A stretch of DNA of 64,000 nt from Nitrospinota bacterium. Lineage in GTDB: Bacteria > Nitrospinota > Nitrospinia > Nitrospinales > VA-1. Positions 47,901 to 56,590 of this stretch are shown here, in pieces (positions within the stretch are counted from its first letter, which is position 1; each line of letters opens with the position of its first letter). The translations under genes were made by a program, and so were the position numbers. The notes below the pieces were generated by a model. That model saw only the letters and a list, made by a program, of their open reading frames with translations, did not search any database and had not been told where the DNA came from. Where the stretch lies: contig WAIB01000007.1 in assembly GCA_009873655.1 (NCBI GenBank), forward strand, positions 10,718-74,717. Reading direction: 5' to 3'.

Positions 47901-48342
47901 GATCTTGAATATTTTCCTGAATTTCTGCAGGTCCCCCCATGCGGGAAAGCATCGGTGTTCTTTTAGTCAGAAATGCGCAAAATGAATCAATAGTAACTAC
48001 TCTCAGGCGGGCAGGGTTTTCCAACAACCGCCAGCCAAACTTTTGATTTCTTTCCAAAGCCACTCGGGCTAGGTTCCAGGTGGTTCGCTGATGGTCTTCA
48101 TCCGGGGGGGTGTCAACCTGTGCCCTGTTCAAAGCTGAAATAATGCGGATTTTCATTTCACCTGCGGCTTTACGAGTGAATGTCATCGCAAGAATCTCCT
48201 CAGGCTGGCTGACTCCTCCCAGGAGTTTTAAATAGCGCTGAATCAATAATTCTGTTTTTCCTGAACCCGCCGGTGCTTGAACGATGAACGATTGCGTCGG
48301 ATCCAGGGCCTTTTGGCGTATATTCAGATCGGAAGGAATCAT
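44989..48342 (-). CDS. addA: Double-strand break repair helicase-nuclease AddA (UvrD-type helicase plus C-terminal PD-(D/E)XK nuclease)
   Basis: Walker A is APAGSGKTE, UvrD motifs (VDEYQDT) are present, and the C-terminal nuclease block is IIDYKTS. I prefer the ATG at 48342, which overlaps the addB TGA by 1 nt (TGATG), over the track start at 48387. Confidence 0.8.
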   Translation of the reverse strand: MIPSDLNIRQKALDPTQSFIVQAPAGSGKTELLIQRYLKLLGGVSQPEEILAMTFTRKAAGEMKIRIISALNRAQVDTPPDEDHQRTTWNLARVALERNQKFGWRLLENPARLRVVTIDSFCAFLTKRTPMLSRMGGPAEIQENIQDLFVGTAKQILSKVENTGDLYCELVRALLVHLDNDKNTFIQRIAQLLQLRDQWMISFFDKYENIKEHLLNDSHREKLVTLYSELIEKQLKTACDLFPEPLRSKTVPFAMHAGMNLAVNQPDNSIASLKSMESFPLPEVENLNKWKGLANLLLTAEGKIRKKVDKNLGFPPEEKEIKSEFKDFLESLKDFKDLEKALGKVKTLPSPHFNDYEWDILRSTLRLLPEIESNLRKLLQENKISDFSEVSLAALKSFGNDMEATDLGKYLDDKIQHILVDEYQDTSFKQEELLKKLTAEWEPGKGRTLFVVGDPKQSIYRFRDAEVGLFLKTQNEGIGNLDLKKLSLESNFRSQEGLVDWVNQCFEKILPEQDNPDSGAIAFSKSTAVHPKEPYPGVVLHPLDPEENSVQASRAEARKISQTVQSIRRGSPEATTAILVRGRTHLKEIIREFENLRIPYQAEEIYNLTDRPAIKDLLSLLRALLFPLDRIAWLAILRAPWAGLTLNDIHLLCENDPEAPVWELINIPDLNLSEKGKVQIERLISVLSPTLKALPSNNFRELLENCWIRLGGPACHEGTPSRDIETFFDEVERIMQKSDAGRLEHFNQVIENLHASPLTTSENAIQIMTMHKAKGLEFDYVILPGLGKPPRQDRKRLVFWMPYGKELLLAPIEEKGAENSPLYNFLSELDKEKDRHEMLRLLYVASTRARKQLHLFGKTKVKAGEMIPESNSLLESLWPFIKSDWCRTEFIITPLIQGEKDSDKEAITLKRIPETFQLPNAIPAIEPNLIVEIEEEKETSPFIWAGNTARCLGIVLHRIFQSISIEGIEKWSTERTRKMAPQIRAALLGEGLPFEQAENALKLAIEGINNTLIDPRGRWILSNHDESQAEYPVTFSSENRFIRNIIDRTFVEDEIRWIIDYKTSRHEGESLEIFLNSEVNRYKPQLDRYESLLKDFGEFRQIKKALYFPLLKAWREV

Positions 48343-51005
48343 CAATCCAATTCTCCTATTCCATCGTCCCTTTCCCATATCCTGCAAACAGGGTTCAGGT
48401 CACAGTTTCTACAAGTATTCTGTTTTTGCGCAGGATCAATGCTGATGCGTCCCTCTAAAAATTCACTGGCCAATCCGTTGATTTGCCTTTTCCAGAAATC
48501 GAGAAGGTTATTCCAGGTTGGCCCTTCAAGAAGCTCTGAAAAATGGACGGGTTTATTAAACCCTACGAATTGAATGGAAGAGGTTCCGACGTTTTTAATG
48601 GATTCCTTTATTCCTTTCAGTCCCATCCCTCCTTTTTTCGTTTGCGCAAAATACACTGCTGTGGGTGAAATGAGGGTTGCATAAAGGGGGAGCTGGGGGG
48701 ATAGGATTCTTTCCTTTACCCATTCGCTCGGATTTGCCTCTCCTGTTTTATAATCGATTAGAACGTGTTTTTTGCCTTCTGTTTCGTCAATTCGATCCAT
48801 CCTTAAAGTTAACGATAAGCCGTTCAAATTTACCGTTTCCTCTTTTTCCGGTTCCAGGACGGTAAAGTTGTCGCGTTCCTTCTCGAATTGCACCAGCCAT
48901 TCGAAAACCAATTTGATATTTCTTGATTCTTCCAGTTTCAAAAATTCTTTTTGGTCTGTGAGGGCCCTTGAAAATTTTTCCATGGCCTGTTTGACCAAAA
49001 TTTCAAGTTGTTTTTCTAGTTGCCCGGTTTTGTGTAAACGAACAAGCTGTTCCCGGGTTTTAACTTTCCGCCAGAATATTTCCAGAATTCGATGAACAAG
49101 GTTCCCGCGTACCATTGGGTCGAAGTCCGTATCAGGAATTTCCTGGTTAGTGGCGTGAAGCCTGAACCGGGAAAAAGCTTGAAAGGGACAGTCTGCCTGG
49201 TTCTTAAGTAAACTTGAGCCTCCTTTCATTTGACCCCTGTCAAAACGGATTTTTTCATCCCCCGTTAATAGCAGGTAGGGTTCTTCATCCAGTTTTTCCA
49301 GGGCGATGGAATTTGAAATTTGATCCTTAATCCGTGCGGATGGCAAAACCAGGCTGTTGTCCTGTGGATATTTTTTTATAAGAGGGCTTGGTTCTAATGA
49401 ATTGTCTCCATCTTGCAAAGGATAGCTGAGAACGATATCTTTGGACGAAGTGGATATTCTTTTCAATTGCTGTTCGCAATTTTCCAGTTCCCACTTGGCG
49501 CTGGAATGGGGTATTTGATGTCTTTTTCTGAATTCAGAGGGAACAAATGTGTTTGGATCCGGTGAAGGGGGAAGGGCTTCGAAATGGCACCCCATCACCC
49601 AGGAATGGTCGAACTTCATTCCAGTTGCTTCATCCAATTGAACCACTTGAATGAGATGGTCCCGATTTTTTTCCGGGAAAAAACATTTTTCTGCGATACC
49701 CGACAGGTTTTTTATGGCCTCAATACGATGGATAGGGCCCAGGATTGAATTTAAGGAAGCCAGTTGATCCAAGCAGTTTTTCCAGGATTCAAATATATGA
49801 TTTTCTTTGTCTGTGAGTTTTTCTTCTTTGCCGGGCCAGTTAACTTCTTTTAAAAAGAAGGATATTTTTTCTGCCCATTTATTCGGTAAAAACTTGTTTG
49901 AATCGAGAACCCAGGATTTCCATGCAACCATTAAATTGAAAAACCGAGGTGCTTTTTCACTGTCAAGAGAAAACCGGAAATCACTTATATCGATGTTGAA
50001 TTTTCTTTGTTTTCGAAATTCAGTTTCTATTGCAATAGTCGCCTCATTTTCCAGGTTGAAAACCGGATATTTTATTATTGAATAAAATGTTCCCGCGGGA
50101 ATCGTGCAGGAGGGAGTGCTCAGCAAATCCAGTATCAAATTAATGGGTGTGATTTGGCTGAGAGGGGATCCCAGGGAAATATTGAAAGGAAGTTCGGTTT
50201 TGTTCTCCGGAAAGATAGAGGAGGGACACAACTCTGCGGCCAACTCTCTTTGCAGGATTGAATGGTAGTTTTTCAGGTCGGGTACAATGACTCCAAAGCG
50301 TTTTCCAGGTTGGTAGTTTTTGCGTATCCACCTTGCGCAGGTGGTGGCTTCCTGGTTTTTATCATCGTATTTCTGGACGCTGATATGACTGATTGAACCT
50401 TCTGATTCAGGTAGAAAGAGGTCCGGCAATTCCGTTTGCGTTCCTTTTCTTTGTATCGCATCCAAAAGGCTCTGGAGCTGGGGGTATTTTTTGTCGAACC
50501 CTTTAAAATAAATTTTAGTGGGTAATTTTGTTTTTCCTTTTTCAATGGATTCGCAGACATAATCCATCAACTGGGAGCTGTCAATAGCGCCCCAGTGTCC
50601 CAGCTGTTTTTCAAAACTTTCGGCCCATTGAAAGAAAGAAAGCGTTTCTAATGTTTCTTGAAAATTTTTTTTTAAAAGGGGAATTTTGTATTCATTTATA
50701 AGGGAATAGGCTTTTTGAGCCTGGATCGCTACTGCCTTTTTATGCAGTACACTCAAACTTTTTACCTGGTGGTCCGCATCAACAATTTTTTCCCAAAGAG
50801 ATTCCGACTGAATGTTGCTGAGGATGTGTTTTTCAGGCCAGGTTTCCAGCCAGAAATTTTTCAACCAGGCTGACAGGGGGAGGATTTCCGGTGTCTCCCA
50901 TGCCTTTTTATTTTTTTGCTGCTCATTGTATTCCAGCATGAGCCAGCGAGCCAACCGGGGATGAGCTGTCAGTACCAGAGGAAATTTCTTTTCAGGGGTT
51001 ACCAT
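48342..51005 (-). CDS. addB: Double-strand break repair protein AddB (inactive helicase-like N-terminus, PD-(D/E)XK nuclease with Fe-S staple)
   Basis: The 887 aa ORF has no Walker A. The C-terminal nuclease domain is bracketed by CPFQAF and CRNCDLNPVC (Cys...C-x2-C-x5-C), and the nuclease block is LIDYKTG. Confidence 0.7.
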   Translation of the reverse strand: MVTPEKKFPLVLTAHPRLARWLMLEYNEQQKNKKAWETPEILPLSAWLKNFWLETWPEKHILSNIQSESLWEKIVDADHQVKSLSVLHKKAVAIQAQKAYSLINEYKIPLLKKNFQETLETLSFFQWAESFEKQLGHWGAIDSSQLMDYVCESIEKGKTKLPTKIYFKGFDKKYPQLQSLLDAIQRKGTQTELPDLFLPESEGSISHISVQKYDDKNQEATTCARWIRKNYQPGKRFGVIVPDLKNYHSILQRELAAELCPSSIFPENKTELPFNISLGSPLSQITPINLILDLLSTPSCTIPAGTFYSIIKYPVFNLENEATIAIETEFRKQRKFNIDISDFRFSLDSEKAPRFFNLMVAWKSWVLDSNKFLPNKWAEKISFFLKEVNWPGKEEKLTDKENHIFESWKNCLDQLASLNSILGPIHRIEAIKNLSGIAEKCFFPEKNRDHLIQVVQLDEATGMKFDHSWVMGCHFEALPPSPDPNTFVPSEFRKRHQIPHSSAKWELENCEQQLKRISTSSKDIVLSYPLQDGDNSLEPSPLIKKYPQDNSLVLPSARIKDQISNSIALEKLDEEPYLLLTGDEKIRFDRGQMKGGSSLLKNQADCPFQAFSRFRLHATNQEIPDTDFDPMVRGNLVHRILEIFWRKVKTREQLVRLHKTGQLEKQLEILVKQAMEKFSRALTDQKEFLKLEESRNIKLVFEWLVQFEKERDNFTVLEPEKEETVNLNGLSLTLRMDRIDETEGKKHVLIDYKTGEANPSEWVKERILSPQLPLYATLISPTAVYFAQTKKGGMGLKGIKESIKNVGTSSIQFVGFNKPVHFSELLEGPTWNNLLDFWKRQINGLASEFLEGRISIDPAQKQNTCRNCDLNPVCRIWERDDGIGELD

Positions 51006-51080
51006 ATACGGGTGAAGTACAGGTGAATCGGGTTACTAATTTAAATAAGTGCTCTTCAACCCCGGTAATCTGGAAAGGAA

Positions 51081-51518
51081 TCAGGGGGTGTCTTGGACCC
51101 AGACTTCCCCTTTGGAAGTGGTTTCCCTTTTCCAAATCGGGGTAACCCGTTTGAGTTCGGCAATAGCCCATTCACAGGCTTTAAAGGTTTCTTTCCTGTG
51201 CTCGCCTACTGCAATAATCAGGACAATATTTTCACCGATTTCAATAGGGCCGATTCGGTGAATGATGCTCATATCGATGATGCCGTAATCTTTAATGGCC
51301 TGCACTCGAATCTCTTCCAGCTTTTTCTCAGCCATCTTGGGATAGTGCTCGAAATTGAGCTGAGTGATGTTTTCACCCTTTGATAGCTCTCTTCCTGTAC
51401 CCAGGAAGGTGGTGATACCCCCGATATTGCGCGAAACCTTTTTCATGGACTCGATTTCATCTGTAACAGAAAAATCTTCTAGTTGGATTCGAATTTTGGA
51501 ATCAGTAGTCGTGCTCAT
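51081..51518 (-). CDS. moaE: Molybdopterin synthase catalytic subunit MoaE
   Basis: The 145 aa ORF has the blocks FLGTGRE, HRIGPIEIGE, VGEHRKE.F.A and PIWKRE. Confidence 0.85.
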   Translation of the reverse strand: MSTTTDSKIRIQLEDFSVTDEIESMKKVSRNIGGITTFLGTGRELSKGENITQLNFEHYPKMAEKKLEEIRVQAIKDYGIIDMSIIHRIGPIEIGENIVLIIAVGEHRKETFKACEWAIAELKRVTPIWKRETTSKGEVWVQDTP

Positions 51519-51530
51519 AACAACCCTTTT

Positions 51531-51782
51531 TTATGAACCCCCTGAAAATGGGGGTAGAAATGCCACTTCATCGCCATCGTGAATGATGGTATCCGAATCT
51601 GCCATTTCCTGATTTACCGATATCATTACTTTTTTGTCGCGGATGATATCGCCCATTTTTGGAGATGTTTTTGAAATAATGTCACTCAATTGATCCATAG
51701 AAATGGAGTTTTCAATTTCTATATGATCTTCTTCCCTTTCTGCAATCGCTTTTAGACTTGCGAAAAACTTTACCGTAATCAT
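51531..51782 (-). CDS. moaD: Molybdopterin synthase sulfur-carrier subunit MoaD (C-terminus GG-S)
   Basis: The 83 aa ubiquitin-like ThiS/MoaD protein ends ...PPFSGGS*, with one residue after the Gly-Gly. Its ATG overlaps the moaC stop (ATGA). Confidence 0.8.
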   Translation of the reverse strand: MITVKFFASLKAIAEREEDHIEIENSISMDQLSDIISKTSPKMGDIIRDKKVMISVNQEMADSDTIIHDGDEVAFLPPFSGGS

Positions 51783-52288
51783 TGGCCCACAGCTTTTTTT
51801 TCATAGGTGCCGGATTTGCCACCTGATTTATGAATCAATCCGATTTTGTCAAAGTACATTCCGCGATCCACCGCTTTACACATATCATAAATGGTCAAAG
51901 CGGCGGTAGAGACGGCGGTTAAGGCTTCCATTTCCACCCCTGTTTGCCCGGTCACTTTAACGGTTCCCGTGATGGTGATAGAGCATAAACCCGTTTCTGG
52001 ATCCGGTTCCTGATGTTTCTCAAAGCTTATATCAATTCCCGTTAATAACAAAGGGTGACACATGGGAATAATTTCATGAGATTTTTTCGCACCCAGGATC
52101 CCCGCAACCTGGGCAACAGCCAGGACATCCCCTTTTTTTATCTGCCCTTCATTAATGAGGCGAAGAGTTTCAGGTTGCAAATAGATCTTTCCTGTCGCGA
52201 CCGCTTTTCGGGAGGTATTGCCTTTTTCGGAAACATCCACCATGCGGGCACGGCCTTCTTCATTAAAATGCGTCAGAGGATTATTCAT
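51779..52288 (-). CDS. moaC: Cyclic pyranopterin monophosphate synthase MoaC
   Basis: Blocks [25 protein letters not shown] and EMEALTA are present. I prefer the ATG at 52288 over the TTG at 52327 in the track. Confidence 0.85.
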   Translation of the reverse strand: MNNPLTHFNEEGRARMVDVSEKGNTSRKAVATGKIYLQPETLRLINEGQIKKGDVLAVAQVAGILGAKKSHEIIPMCHPLLLTGIDISFEKHQEPDPETGLCSITITGTVKVTGQTGVEMEALTAVSTAALTIYDMCKAVDRGMYFDKIGLIHKSGGKSGTYEKKAVGQ

Positions 52289-52373
52289 TATAAGGTGATT
52301 GTACCTCAATTGAAGTGACAGGAGCAACCGTTATAGATTGAAATTGGCTCCATTGAGTTTCAATATGCCGGTC

Positions 52374-52718
52374 TTATTTAACCGGTGGCTCATAGAGACC
52401 AAAAACATTGCCATCCGGGTCGTGAAATCGAACCAGTTTCCCATAGGAATAACTCTCAGGTGCATCCTTTAATTTCGCTCCTATCCTTTCAAGCCGGGCC
52501 ATATGTTTTTCCAAAGGTCGGGCCGTGAAGTACAAAGTAGCCCCGGCATGCTCTGGTTTCAATTCCTTTACCTTTTGTAAGGCAAACCTTTGGCCATCCA
52601 GTTTGAATTCGGCCCAGTCCTCTCTTTGAAACAAAGGTTTAATTTCTAAAACCTTTTGGTAGAATTCCACAGCCTTGTTCAGGTCCCGTACCGGATAGGA
52701 AATAAAAGCGATATCCAT
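52374..52718 (-). CDS. Glyoxalase/bleomycin-resistance/VOC family protein
   Basis: The 114 aa ORF has the typical VOC pattern (FYQKVLEIKP...F.DPDGN.F.L). Confidence 0.7.
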   Translation of the reverse strand: MDIAFISYPVRDLNKAVEFYQKVLEIKPLFQREDWAEFKLDGQRFALQKVKELKPEHAGATLYFTARPLEKHMARLERIGAKLKDAPESYSYGKLVRFHDPDGNVFGLYEPPVK

Positions 52719-52742
52719 ATTATAATTTTTTAAGGTTGCTCA

Positions 52743-53636
52743 GTGTCTATTGAGAACATCAGTCTGGTCCTTTTATCCTGCATTATGCATTCTTTCTGGA
52801 ACATATTGACCCAGACCAGCAAAAATTCCCAGTACTTTTCAGGGCTGAAAGGAGTCTGGCTGATTTTGATGGGGGTTGTTGCCTTGAACTGGACCGGGCT
52901 TTCAATCTGGAACCGGGAATTGCTGTTCTGGGGAATCCTTTCGGGAATAATACATGGGGTCTATATATTATGTCTTTCCCGTGCTTATAAGACACAGGAC
53001 ATTTCCTACGTTTACCCCATTGCGCGATCAGCTCCGGTATTTGTCCCGGCTTTTGCGTGGTTATTGTTAGGGGAGAAACTGGTTCCTCAAACTCTCCTTG
53101 CCATTTTTATTATTATCACCGCAATTTATATTCTGCACTTTGATGGACACCTCATTCGGGGATTCAAGAACCTGTGGCAGGCGATTCTGCACAATGATCT
53201 TCGCTGGGCCTTTTATACCCTGATCATGGTGGTCAGTTACAGTCTGGTGGACAAAAAGGGAATGGATTTGTTTCTTCTCCAACTTCCCGACCAGCCTTTT
53301 AAAAATGGGATCGCTTTCTTTTTTATGGAAGCCACGATTGGTTTTGTTCTCTGCAATTTCTATTTGTTTGCAAATTACAATAATACGGAAATCCTTGACC
53401 TTTGGAAAAGCGAATGGTTGAAAGGTTTATTAGGAGCAATCGCCACCCTGGGATCTTATGGCTTGATTTGTGTTGTTTTGCAATTTGAATCCGTGAGTGC
53501 GGTCGTTTCTTTAAGGCAAGTGAGTGTTTTAATGGTGGTTTACTGGGGGTGTTGGAAATTGAAAGAACCCTTTGGCGGCGAACGACTTCTTGCCGGGGGT
53601 TTAATAATTTTTGGGGTGTTTCTAATAGGACGGTAA
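52743..53636 (+). CDS. EamA/DMT-superfamily transporter
   Basis: The 297 aa ORF has about 10 hydrophobic helices arranged as two EamA-like halves. The GTG start is uncertain, because only 24 nt separate it from the divergent VOC gene. Confidence 0.55.
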   Translation: MSIENISLVLLSCIMHSFWNILTQTSKNSQYFSGLKGVWLILMGVVALNWTGLSIWNRELLFWGILSGIIHGVYILCLSRAYKTQDISYVYPIARSAPVFVPAFAWLLLGEKLVPQTLLAIFIIITAIYILHFDGHLIRGFKNLWQAILHNDLRWAFYTLIMVVSYSLVDKKGMDLFLLQLPDQPFKNGIAFFFMEATIGFVLCNFYLFANYNNTEILDLWKSEWLKGLLGAIATLGSYGLICVVLQFESVSAVVSLRQVSVLMVVYWGCWKLKEPFGGERLLAGGLIIFGVFLIGR

Positions 53637-53729
53637 AATCGAAGTATTAAAAATTTTTAACGCACCTTTTTTTAAAGCCCCTATATAATTAGATAGTGCC
53701 AATAAAAAAACAATTTCCCGATACTGGAG

Positions 53730-56555
53730 GTGGGTGTGTTTCATAAAATGAAAATATACAAAGCAGGTTTCCTGGTAGCGCTTTTCCTGTTTTTGTTCGT
53801 TGCTACCGCAGAAGGGGTTAAAGGAGATAAACGGGTAATAAAAACTCTCAAGCTCGAAAACGGGCTGGCTGTGTTCCTTGTGTCCGATCCGGACGTGCAT
53901 CGCAGTGCGGCTGCTTTATCGGTAGGGGTAGGGCATTTGTATGACCCTGAAGAAAAGCAGGGATTGGCCCATTACCTGGAACACATGCTGTTTTTGGGGA
54001 CTGAAAAATATCCTGAAGTGGGTTCCTATAAAAAATATCTTGATGAATATTCCGGAGGAAGCAATGCCTACACCGGCGGCAATATCACGAATTATTTTTT
54101 CCAGGTTGCTCATGAGGGCTTCGATGGGGCTCTGGACCGTTTCAGCGATTTTTTTAAGGCCCCATTATTTGATAAAACCTACGCCAAAAGAGAAGTCAAC
54201 GCGGTCAATAATGAGCACGAAAAAAACAAGCTCAACGATGGTTGGAGGGGGAATTTTGTAGCAAACAGGATGGCCGAACCGGGTCATCCGCTCACCAAAT
54301 TTGGAACAGGAAACAAAGACACACTTGCGGGTGACAATCGGCAGGCTTTATTAAATTTTTATGAGAAATATTATGCCGCTTCCAATATGAAGCTGGCCCT
54401 GATTTCCAATGCGCCCTTGGAAATTCTTACAAAAAAAGCAAAAAAGTATTTCTCTGAAATTGAAGATCGCGCTGTAACGGTTCCCGAAGTTTCTTCTGAT
54501 TTCAGAAAGCCATTGAAGAACGGGTACCGGCTTTTAAAAATTAAAACGATAAAAGATGTCCGCAGTCTGGAAATTGATTTCCCTACGATTCACCTGCTGG
54601 ACCATAAGGAAAGCAAGCCAGCCTCTATTGTGGGTTCGGTATTAGGTTATGAAGGAAAGGGCTCACTCCTTTCAAAATTAAAAGAAGAGGGGCTTGTCCT
54701 GGGATTGAGTGCGGGAGGTGGAACAGGCCATCCCAATATTAATTCGTTTGGGATCAGCATTTCTTTAACCCAGAAAGGCCTTAAAGAGTATGAACGAATA
54801 TTGGAAATGGTGTTTTCCTATATTCAAATGGTTAAGGACCATGGGATAAAAAAATATACTTTTGACCAAACCCAGGCAATGGCACAGATAAATTTTGACT
54901 GGAAGAATCCGGATGAGGGCATGGGTTTTATTGCCAGTAAAGCGGCAATGATGCATGATTATAAGTTGGATGAAATTGAAGAACTTCCTTATCTATATAA
55001 AAAGTATGACCCGGAAGCATATAAGGCCGTTTTAAATACCCTGGTGCCCGAAAATTCAATGGTGACTCTCAGCCATAACACTGCTGAGTTTGATAAAAAA
55101 ACACCTTACTACGATGCAGAGTATTCATTAAAAATAATCAGAGGCGAAGCATTTGAGAAATTAACCAATCCAATCAAACTGGGCGGAGTATCCTACCCTG
55201 CGAAGAATGATTTCATTCCTTATGATCTGAAACTGGTTGATGAAGACCCGCATCTGGTCCGGGATGATTCCTTGGCAAAGGTTTGGTTCAAATATGACCA
55301 TCGTTTTGAGCAGCCCAGAGTTTATTTGACCTACCAGATAGAGACACCACAAACCTATAGCAGTCCAAAAAAACTGGAGTTGGCGAAATTATATGAAGCG
55401 GCTGTTCAGGAAGGATTGAATGAACTGGTCTATCCCATTCAAATGGCGGGATTGTCCTACTCCCTTTCCATCACTAAGAAAGGGGTGGTTCTTACAATAG
55501 GGGGTTATTCCGAAAGAATTACAGATTTGCTGAAACTGGTTACTCAAAGCCTGATGGAAATTAAAATTGACGAACAAAAGTTTCAAAATATTAAAGAGGC
55601 CATGGTGCGGGGGTTGAAAAACCGTAAGCTGGGACAAGCCTATGCACGCGGCGGTTATTACAACTGGTTGATGTTGCTGGGCCAGCAGTACACCGAAGAA
55701 CAAAAATTGCAGGCTTTGATTCCATTATCTCTGGATGATGTTAAAGCTTATGCCAGAACTTTGTATAAAAGAGTTTTCGTTACCGGAATGATTCACGGCA
55801 ACTACAGTGATGAAAAAGCGATTGAAAGTACAAAAATCCTTTTAGATTCGTTGAAAAGTCAGCCTCTCCCGGAGGAAGAAAGGTATGAGGAGGTTGTTGA
55901 AATTCTTCCTGAAGGAAAACAATTCCGTTTTTCCCGCGAAGTTCAAGATAATAATAATTCCCTGGCCTACGCAATTCAAATTGGCGAAAAGAATCCTGCG
56001 TTGTCAGCAAAGGTATCCTTGCTTGCTTCCATTGTCGAAAGTGATTTCTATACCCAAATGCGTACAAATCAACAGTTGGGTTACCTGGTCTGGAGCTTTA
56101 AGCAAAGGATTGAAGAGCGAATATTTTTCCGCTTGGTGATTCAGTCCTCCACTCATGGGCCATTTGAGTTGAGCAAACGGGTGAACAACTGGCTGGCGAG
56201 TACAGAAAAGCTGTTCTCAAGTTTGTCGGATGAGGAATTTGAACACCATCGACAAGCTTTGATTGTCGGTTTGGAGAAGGAAGGGGACAGTATTGCGGCT
56301 GTATTAGGGGATCTTTACGCTTTGGCGGTCGATGAAAAGGGAGATTTCAAGTATAAAAAGAAATTGATTCAAGCCGTAAAAGAAGTGAAGAAAAAAGATG
56401 TTATCCAATTGGCCAAAAGGGTATTCTTAAATTCCGGAACATCCCGTCTGGAAGTTTTGATGAGGGCCAAGGACAGTAATGAGAAGGTTCCTGACGGTAT
56501 TATAAACGAAGTCAGCCAGTTTAAAAAATTAATTGCCAGGGCAGGTAACGACTAG
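53730..56555 (+). CDS. Secreted M16-family zinc metallopeptidase (pitrilysin/insulinase-like)
   Basis: The inverted zinc motif HYLEHMLFLGT (HxxEH) and a downstream NAYT are present. The ORF is about 940 aa with a signal peptide. The start is ambiguous: in-frame GTG at 53730 or 53736, or ATG at 53748. Confidence 0.85.
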   Translation: MGVFHKMKIYKAGFLVALFLFLFVATAEGVKGDKRVIKTLKLENGLAVFLVSDPDVHRSAAALSVGVGHLYDPEEKQGLAHYLEHMLFLGTEKYPEVGSYKKYLDEYSGGSNAYTGGNITNYFFQVAHEGFDGALDRFSDFFKAPLFDKTYAKREVNAVNNEHEKNKLNDGWRGNFVANRMAEPGHPLTKFGTGNKDTLAGDNRQALLNFYEKYYAASNMKLALISNAPLEILTKKAKKYFSEIEDRAVTVPEVSSDFRKPLKNGYRLLKIKTIKDVRSLEIDFPTIHLLDHKESKPASIVGSVLGYEGKGSLLSKLKEEGLVLGLSAGGGTGHPNINSFGISISLTQKGLKEYERILEMVFSYIQMVKDHGIKKYTFDQTQAMAQINFDWKNPDEGMGFIASKAAMMHDYKLDEIEELPYLYKKYDPEAYKAVLNTLVPENSMVTLSHNTAEFDKKTPYYDAEYSLKIIRGEAFEKLTNPIKLGGVSYPAKNDFIPYDLKLVDEDPHLVRDDSLAKVWFKYDHRFEQPRVYLTYQIETPQTYSSPKKLELAKLYEAAVQEGLNELVYPIQMAGLSYSLSITKKGVVLTIGGYSERITDLLKLVTQSLMEIKIDEQKFQNIKEAMVRGLKNRKLGQAYARGGYYNWLMLLGQQYTEEQKLQALIPLSLDDVKAYARTLYKRVFVTGMIHGNYSDEKAIESTKILLDSLKSQPLPEEERYEEVVEILPEGKQFRFSREVQDNNNSLAYAIQIGEKNPALSAKVSLLASIVESDFYTQMRTNQQLGYLVWSFKQRIEERIFFRLVIQSSTHGPFELSKRVNNWLASTEKLFSSLSDEEFEHHRQALIVGLEKEGDSIAAVLGDLYALAVDEKGDFKYKKKLIQAVKEVKKKDVIQLAKRVFLNSGTSRLEVLMRAKDSNEKVPDGIINEVSQFKKLIARAGND

Positions 56556-56590
56556 TTAACTGAAGCCAAACCCTGGAAATTTTTTACTTT

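Noticed and set aside
44989-51005. The large helicase-nuclease pair might be a defence system or a mobile-element module.
   Set aside because: The domain order, the Fe-S-stapled nuclease in the first gene, the UvrD helicase plus PD-(D/E)XK in the second, and the 1 nt translational coupling all match housekeeping AddAB recombination repair. No methylase, integrase or other defence partners are adjacent.
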